This document shows positions 26,733 to 32,000 of a stretch of 32,000 bases of DNA, piece after piece (position 1 is the first letter of the stretch; each line of letters begins with the position of its first letter). A model generated the notes under the pieces. It ran no database searches. It was not told the origin of the DNA and worked only from the letters and a program-made list of their open reading frames with translations. Origin of the DNA: Phycisphaera mikurensis NBRC 102666 (GTDB lineage Bacteria; Planctomycetota; Phycisphaerae; Phycisphaerales; Phycisphaeraceae); contig NC_017080.1 in the NCBI RefSeq assembly GCF_000284115.1, positions 2,970,001-3,002,000 on the forward strand, in the 5' to 3' direction. The position numbers were made by a program, and so were the translations under genes.

Positions 26733-27035
26733 CGGGCGGGTGAGGGTATCGAGGCGGGTGCTGTTGGTGCGGGTTCAGCGGGGTTGCGGGTCGACGAGCA
26801 GGGGCGTAGAGGGCAGGGGGAAGGCGGTCGGGAAGGGGTGATCCAGCCCGTTTGGTAAAGGCGCGCACATCGCGGATGCGGCGTGCCGGCTCGGTCCGGA
26901 GGCACGCGACCCGCATCGATGCGCGGTCTCTGCCACGGCCCGCCGACTCCCCCGCTGCTTCCTTGGACCGACTCCCTGCCCCTCCCCCCGAACCGCCTCC
27001 ACCGCCCATCGCCCCACATCGAACGCTTCAGCTTC

Positions 27036-28136
27036 CTAACGCCGCCGGTGCCCCCCGTACCCCGCCTCACGCTCCCGCCGCTGGATGGCCTCGATGCCGT
27101 AGCGAGCCCAGGGCTTGATCTCCAGCCGCGGGAGGCCGATCGGTGTGCAGGTGTCCAGGCAGACGCCGTAGGTGCCGTCGTCGATGCGGACCAGCGCGGC
27201 GTCGATGTCCTTCAGCAGCTTGCGGTCGGTCTCCTGCAGCATGAGGTTGAACTCGCGCTCGTAGTTCTCGCTGCCCACGTCGGCCATGTGCAGCGGCACG
27301 TGGCTGTCGCCGTCGTCGTGGCCCCGGGCGGCGTCGAGCCCGGCAACGTCGCCGACCAGCGCCCGCCGGTGCTCGAGCAGCTGCTCCCGGAACGCCATGA
27401 GCCGCTTCTTGGAGATGCCGGTCTTCACCTTTCGCAGCTGCTCGGGGGTGTGCTCGCTGGCGGCACGGTCGACCGAACCGGGGCGGGTGTCGTCCGAGGG
27501 AGCGGGCTTGGGCGCGTCGCCTGCCCGCGCCGAAGCGGCCCGGCGGCCGACGGGCACCTTGTACTTCTTGAGCTCCAACGCTTTCTTCCGCTTCACCGGC
27601 TTGGTGACGGCGGTCGGGTTGAACTTGCTGCTCTTGCGGCGGGGCGTGCCGTCGGCGGCCTCCTCGGCGGGTGGGGGAGGCTTGCGACGCTTCGCCTCGT
27701 TGATTTCCAGCGGGCGCCGGCGGGTGGGCTTCTTCTTCGTTCCGGGAGCGGCGGGGAGCGTGGCCTCCACCTTCGCGGGCGTCGCCTTCTTCACGGACGG
27801 CTTCTTCGCGGCCGGCTTCTTCGCGGCCGGCTTCTTCGCGGCCGGCTTCTTCGCGGCCGGCTTCTTCGTGGTCGGCTTCTTTGCGACCGGCTTCTTTGCA
27901 GGAGCCTCCTTCGCGGGAGCCTTCTTCGACGACTTCTTCGCCGGGGGCTTCTTCGCCGGGGTGTCGGCGGTCGACGCACGCCCGCCCGTGGCCCCCGCCT
28001 TGGCCGGCCCGGCCGGAGCTTTCTTCTTCGCGACGGCTTTCTTCACCGGCGGCTTCTTGGCCGCCGCCTTCTTCGCGGGCGGCTTCTTCGCCGCCGGCTT
28101 CTTCTTCTCACCGGCTTTGGAGGGCTTGCTCGCCAA
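27036..28136 (-). CDS. DksA/TraR-like protein with a long Lys/Ala/Pro-rich, histone-H1-like N-terminal tail
   Basis: N-terminus MASKPSKAGEKKKPAAKKPPAKKAAAKKPPVKKAVAKKK... PAAKKPAAKKPAAKKPAAKK; C-terminus FREQLLEHRRALVGDV...DIDAALVRIDDGTYGVCLDTCTPIGLPRLEIKPWARYGIEAIQ. Confidence 0.88.
   Translation of the reverse strand: MASKPSKAGEKKKPAAKKPPAKKAAAKKPPVKKAVAKKKAPAGPAKAGATGGRASTADTPAKKPPAKKSSKKAPAKEAPAKKPVAKKPTTKKPAAKKPAAKKPAAKKPAAKKPSVKKATPAKVEATLPAAPGTKKKPTRRRPLEINEAKRRKPPPPAEEAADGTPRRKSSKFNPTAVTKPVKRKKALELKKYKVPVGRRAASARAGDAPKPAPSDDTRPGSVDRAASEHTPEQLRKVKTGISKKRLMAFREQLLEHRRALVGDVAGLDAARGHDDGDSHVPLHMADVGSENYEREFNLMLQETDRKLLKDIDAALVRIDDGTYGVCLDTCTPIGLPRLEIKPWARYGIEAIQRREREAGYGGHRRR
27781..27915 (-). 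repeat. 15-bp coding microrepeats encoding (K)KPAAK pentapeptides
   Basis: ggcttcttcgcggcc repeated several times in tandem within the DksA-like CDS, continuing as variants. Confidence 0.9.
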
Positions 28137-28310
28137 GAGGATCTTCCTGGCCGAGATGCCGGCCCTTGGGTGTATGGTCCGACTGCGAAAGCACTTACGA
28201 AAAATGCCGGCGGCCTCCGGGGCGGCAGCGTACCCGAAACGGCCGGCGGCAACGCTTGGGAGCCTCTCGCGAGCCTCCCCGGGTCGACCGGCGGGCCCGG
28301 GGGGCGTCGG

Positions 28311-28898
28311 TCAATCGCCGTGCAGCTGCCGCAGCCGGCCGGAGAGCCGAAGCAGCAGGTGGACACGCTCGAACTCGTCCACCCAGTCGGCCGTCTCCGC
28401 CGCGAGCTCGTCCGCGGGCACGGGAGCCCCGGGCAGCGGGCAGGTGGCGCCTTCGCCGAGCGTCTGCTCCGCCATGATGCGGTAGCGGGAGAGCAGCTTG
28501 TCGCCCGCCCAGCCGACGGGCTCGAAGTCCTCGGCGGCGAAGATCACCACCGGCACGCGGTTGCCGCCGTTGACGGTGACGCGCTCCTGCAGGTCCATGT
28601 GCTCGTCGCGATCGAGCCAGCGGACCTCGGCCCGGCCGCCGGCTTCGGCTCCCGCCGCGTCGGCGATCGCCTGGATCATGGGCCCCTGCCGCACGCAGTC
28701 GCCGCACCAGATGCCCGAGACGACGATCACGCTCATGTCTCGCTTGAAGGCTGCGAGCACGGACCTCTGCTGCTCGGTCAGCCCGATCCGGGCGCCGATC
28801 TGCCGCCAGCTCTCGGCTTGGGCGGGCTTGCCGGTGGCGAGGTAGTCCTCGTAGGAGAGGCCGGCTTCGAACTTGGTCCGCAGGAAGGTGGCGTTCAT
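28311..28898 (-). CDS. thioredoxin-family protein
   Basis: MSVIVVSGIWCGDCVRQGPMIQAIADA (WCxxC), EVRWLDRDEHMDL and NGGNRVPVVIFAAEDFEPVGWAG. Confidence 0.85.
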   Translation of the reverse strand: MNATFLRTKFEAGLSYEDYLATGKPAQAESWRQIGARIGLTEQQRSVLAAFKRDMSVIVVSGIWCGDCVRQGPMIQAIADAAGAEAGGRAEVRWLDRDEHMDLQERVTVNGGNRVPVVIFAAEDFEPVGWAGDKLLSRYRIMAEQTLGEGATCPLPGAPVPADELAAETADWVDEFERVHLLLRLSGRLRQLHGD

Positions 28899-29001
28899 CC
28901 CGCCAAGCTAGGGATCCGGGGGGTGGCCGCGGCTCCGGCTCGGCGCTAGCGTGCGGGTCGTCTCCCCCACCCGGCCGGAAGGCCCCCACCCGAGCAACGC
29001 C

Positions 29002-29577
29002 ATGAAGACTCTCCTGCCCCGCAGCACGCCCGCCCTCTCGACCGCCGCCCTCGTCGGTGCTGCCCTCGGCCTCGCCACGACGGTGGGCGCGCAGACCGGC
29101 CGCGTCGTCACGCCGGCCGAGACCGTGGAAGCCGTGCAGGCCGACGGCCCCACCGCCGGCAACAACAGCGTGAACGTCGGCTCCGCGAGCCGCGGCGGCT
29201 CGGAGACGCCCGCCGCCGAGGAGCCGCAGGGCGAAGCCGGCGAGCTCGCGGTGCTCCGCGGCAAGGTGGCGGCGCTGGAAACCCGCGTCGCCCAGCTCGA
29301 GGAGGCCTTCCGGAAGATGGGCGGCACCGACAGCGGCCGGCTCGAGGGCTCCGAGTCGGGCATGCCCGAGGCCGACGCCCCGCCGACGGAGCAAGAGATC
29401 CAGCAGGCCCGCGAGCAGCGGCAAGCGGAAGCCGCCGAGACCGCGGACGCGCGCGAGGAGCTGCACGAGAAGCAGGACGAGCGGCGTGCCGAGGTCCAGG
29501 AGCAGATCCGCAACCGCATCAACAACGCCCGTCTCGACGACAACGACGGCGGCATCGTCACCCTGCCGGATCCCTGA
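29002..29577 (+). CDS. exported coiled-coil hypothetical protein
   Basis: Signal peptide MKTLLPRSTPALSTAALVGAALGLATTVGAQ; heptad-rich VLRGKVAALETRVAQLEEAFRKMGG and EIQQAREQRQAEAAETADAREELHEKQDERRAEVQEQIRNRI. Confidence 0.7.
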   Translation: MKTLLPRSTPALSTAALVGAALGLATTVGAQTGRVVTPAETVEAVQADGPTAGNNSVNVGSASRGGSETPAAEEPQGEAGELAVLRGKVAALETRVAQLEEAFRKMGGTDSGRLEGSESGMPEADAPPTEQEIQQAREQRQAEAAETADAREELHEKQDERRAEVQEQIRNRINNARLDDNDGGIVTLPDP

Positions 29578-29760
29578 GGCTCGCACCCGACCCCGCCGCG
29601 GACCGTCGGAGATTGCGAGCCGCGGCGGCAACGGTCCGCGGGAGCGGGTGATCACGCGAGAAAATTGCACGTTTCGCGGGCATGTCCCGGCGTGGGTGCT
29701 TAGGATGGTGGATTCCGCCGCGGCGTCGCCGCGGTTGCCCGCCCCCCAAGCCGCCCCTCC

Positions 29761-30633
29761 ATGACCCGAAACATCCGTGGTGCCCTGATCCAAGCCACCC
29801 TCTGCGAGGACGCCACGGCGCCCCCGGAGGCCATCAAGCGAGCGATGATCGACAAGCACGTCGGCCTCATCGCCGACGCGGCCGGGCAGGGTGCGCAGGT
29901 CTGCTGCCTGCAGGAGCTGTTCTACGGCCCCTACTTCTGCGCCGAGCAGGACCCGAAGTGGTACGGCCTGACCGAGCAGATCCCCGACGGGCCGACGACG
30001 CAGCTCATGTGCGAGCTGGCGAAGCAGCACAAGATGGTGCTGGTCGTGCCGATCTACGAGGAGGAGCTGCCCGGCGTCTACTACAACACCGCCGCGGTGA
30101 TCGACGCCGACGGGACCTACCTGGGCAAGTTCCGCAAGATCCACATCCCCCACTGCCAGCCGGGCTTCTTCGAGAAGTTCTACTTCCGGCCGGGGAACCT
30201 GGGCTACCCGGTGTTCGACACCGCGGTGGGCAAGGTGGGCGTCTACATCTGCTACGACCGCCACTTCCCCGACGGCGCCCGCTGCCTGGGGCTCAACGGG
30301 GCGGAGATCGTCTTCAACCCCAGCGCCACGGTCGCGGGCCTCTCCGAGTACCTGTGGAAGCTGGAGCAGCCGGCCCACGCGGTGGCGAACCAGTACTTCG
30401 TCGGCGCGATCAACCGCCCCGGCAACGAGGCCCCGTGGAACATCGGCGAGTTCTACGGCCAGAGCTACTTCTGCGACCCGCGGGGTCAGTTCATCGCCCA
30501 GACCGAGGAGCGAACCGCCGACGCCATCGTCATCGCCGACATGGACCTGGACCTCATCCGCGAGGTCCGCAACACCTGGCAGTTCTTCCGCGACCGGAGG
30601 CCGGAGACGTACGGCGCGTTGGTTGCGCCTTGA
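29761..30633 (+). CDS. carbon-nitrogen hydrolase (beta-ureidopropionase / N-carbamoylputrescine amidase-like)
   Basis: CLQELFYGPYFC (catalytic Glu region), KFRKIHIPHCQPGFFEKFYFRPGN (Lys), GVYICYDRHFPDGARCLGLNGAEIVFNPSA (catalytic Cys) and NQYFVGAINRPG. Confidence 0.92.
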   Translation: MTRNIRGALIQATLCEDATAPPEAIKRAMIDKHVGLIADAAGQGAQVCCLQELFYGPYFCAEQDPKWYGLTEQIPDGPTTQLMCELAKQHKMVLVVPIYEEELPGVYYNTAAVIDADGTYLGKFRKIHIPHCQPGFFEKFYFRPGNLGYPVFDTAVGKVGVYICYDRHFPDGARCLGLNGAEIVFNPSATVAGLSEYLWKLEQPAHAVANQYFVGAINRPGNEAPWNIGEFYGQSYFCDPRGQFIAQTEERTADAIVIADMDLDLIREVRNTWQFFRDRRPETYGALVAP

Positions 30634-30648
30634 AGGTTGTGCGCGCAG

Positions 30649-30900
30649 CGCTTCGCTTGAACACAGAGGACGCAGAGGCACAGAGAGGAAGGCGAGCATG
30701 CCCTGCCTCCCCGCTTCGCCGGCCGATCGCAAAACCGCGGATCGTCGAGGAAAAGCCTTGAAAACGATCAGGATCCGCGGCTCCTCGCTCTCTGTGCCTC
30801 CTCGGTGGCCTCCTCGGAAGGAAGGCTGCTTCCGCCTCGAGGCGCAGCCATTCGGTCGCCACGGCGACCGCCTCCGTGACCTCTGTGATGGAGCGAAGCG
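30649..30900. repeat. ~252-bp nested inverted-repeat element (MITE/REP-like)
   Basis: Ends cgcttcgcttgaacacagagg (30649-30669) / cctctgtgatggagcgaagcg (30880-30900); inner arms gaggcacagagag (30675-30687) / ctctctgtgcctc (30788-30800); core arms ccgcggatc (30735-30743) / gatccgcgg (30772-30780). Confidence 0.75.
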
Positions 30901-30922
30901 ACTGCTCGTCCACGGCTGACTC

Positions 30923-32000
30923 ATGACCACCCCCCGCACGATCCGCTACGGCCTCGACGACGTTCCTCCACCGGGAAGAACCGGGGTGTTCGCGCTGCAG
31001 CACGTGCTGACGATGTTCGGGTCGACGGTGGCGGTGCCGCTGCTGCTGGCCGGGCCGCTGGGGCTGGACACGGCGGGGACGGCTCTGCTCATCAGCAGCG
31101 TCATGCTCTGCTCGGGCGTGGCGACGCTGCTGCAGTCGACGTTCGGGTCGCGCCTGCCGCTGATCCAGGGCGTGAGCTTCTCGCACCTGGGGCCGTTCCT
31201 GGCGATCATCGCCGGCGTCGCGGCCACCGGCGACGCCTCGCCCGGCGCCGCGATGCCGTGGATCGCCGGGGCGATCATCGGCGGGGCGCTGGTGGAGATG
31301 GGCATCGGCTTCAGCGGGCTGATGGGCCAGGTCCGCAAGGTGCTCTCCCCGGTGGTCGTCGGTCCGGTCATCACGCTGATCGGCCTGGCGCTCTACCAGG
31401 CCGGCGCCCCCGTCGCGTCGCAGGACTGGCCGATCGCCGTGCTGACGATCGCGCTGATCGTGCTCTTCGCTTTCGTGCTCGCGCGGAAGACGCACCCGGC
31501 GGCGAGCCTCTTCGCGATGTTCCCGATGCTGCTGGCGATCCTCACCGCCGTGGCGGTGTGCGCGCTGCTGACCCTCGCCGGCGTCTACGGCTCGGATCAT
31601 CCCGCCCGGCCCGACCTCTCGGCCTTCCGCGAAGCGGATTGGGTGCGGACCACGACGCTGGTGCTGCCCTGGGGCGTGCCTCAGTTCTCGCTGGGCTTCT
31701 TCGTGGCGATCCTGGCCGGTTACCTCGGCTCGATGATCGAGAGCTTCGGCGACTACCACGCGGTGAAGCAGGCCAGCGGCGCCGGCAACCCGACGCCCAG
31801 GGAGATCAGCCGCGGCATCGGGTTCGAGGGCGTTGGCTGCGCGATCACGGGCCTGCTCGGCGGCTTCTCGTCCACGAGCTACAGCGAGAACGTCGGGCTG
31901 GTCGGGCTCACGGGCGTCGCCAGCCGGCGGGTCGTGCAGGTGGCGGCGGTGATCCTGGTCCTGCTGGGCGTCTTCGGCAAGTTCGGCGCCCTCGCCGCCG
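30923..32000 (+). CDS. NCS2-family uracil/xanthine permease, C-terminus cut by window edge
   Basis: FALQHVLTMFGSTVAVPLLL, LQSTFGSRLPLIQGVSF, SVGxxxE-like ESFGDYHAVKQASG and GFEGVGCAITGLLGGFSSTSYSENVGLVGLTGV. Confidence 0.95.
   Translation, partial: MTTPRTIRYGLDDVPPPGRTGVFALQHVLTMFGSTVAVPLLLAGPLGLDTAGTALLISSVMLCSGVATLLQSTFGSRLPLIQGVSFSHLGPFLAIIAGVAATGDASPGAAMPWIAGAIIGGALVEMGIGFSGLMGQVRKVLSPVVVGPVITLIGLALYQAGAPVASQDWPIAVLTIALIVLFAFVLARKTHPAASLFAMFPMLLAILTAVAVCALLTLAGVYGSDHPARPDLSAFREADWVRTTTLVLPWGVPQFSLGFFVAILAGYLGSMIESFGDYHAVKQASGAGNPTPREISRGIGFEGVGCAITGLLGGFSSTSYSENVGLVGLTGVASRRVVQVAAVILVLLGVFGKFGALAA

Noticed and set aside
26733-27035. Possible small genes between lspA and the DksA-like gene
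   Set aside because: Overlapping short ORFs on both strands with no motif or convincing ribosome-binding site.
27781-27915. Stand-alone DNA minisatellite
   Set aside because: The 15-bp period is in frame and encodes a coherent Lys-rich tail in a supported CDS, so it is treated as coding repeats.

Overview
High-GC bacterial window whose gene content and composition look like a Planctomycetes/Phycisphaerae chromosome (inference, not database-checked). Most of it is ordinary chromosomal coding sequence. Main genes: zwf (partial), mnmG, an MBL-fold hydrolase, an epimerase, murF-mraY, an SDR, two PilZ-like genes, a PEP-CTERM-like protein, a large flavin/polyferredoxin fusion, a PpiC-like lipoprotein, a transglutaminase, a circularly permuted ATP-grasp/alpha-E fusion, OppB/OppC-like permeases, an alpha/beta hydrolase, an LptE-like protein, a BamD-like protein, lspA, a DksA-like protein with a histone-H1-like tail, a thioredoxin-like protein, a carbon-nitrogen hydrolase and a partial NCS2 permease. 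The least explained signals are non-coding. (1) Seven copies (6 full + 1 partial) of a ~106-bp hairpin-containing tandem repeat lie between mnmG and a small sigma-region-4-like HTH ORF. (2) Three exact-period 100-bp repeats each duplicate the last 12 codons plus stop of a PilZ-like gene. (3) A ~250-bp nested inverted-repeat element lies between the carbon-nitrogen hydrolase and permease genes. The best protein-level candidate system is the same-strand OppB/OppC / ATP-grasp-alpha-E / transglutaminase / PpiC-like cluster at 14989-22947. I found no convincing CRISPR array, rRNA, tRNA, transposase or defence system.
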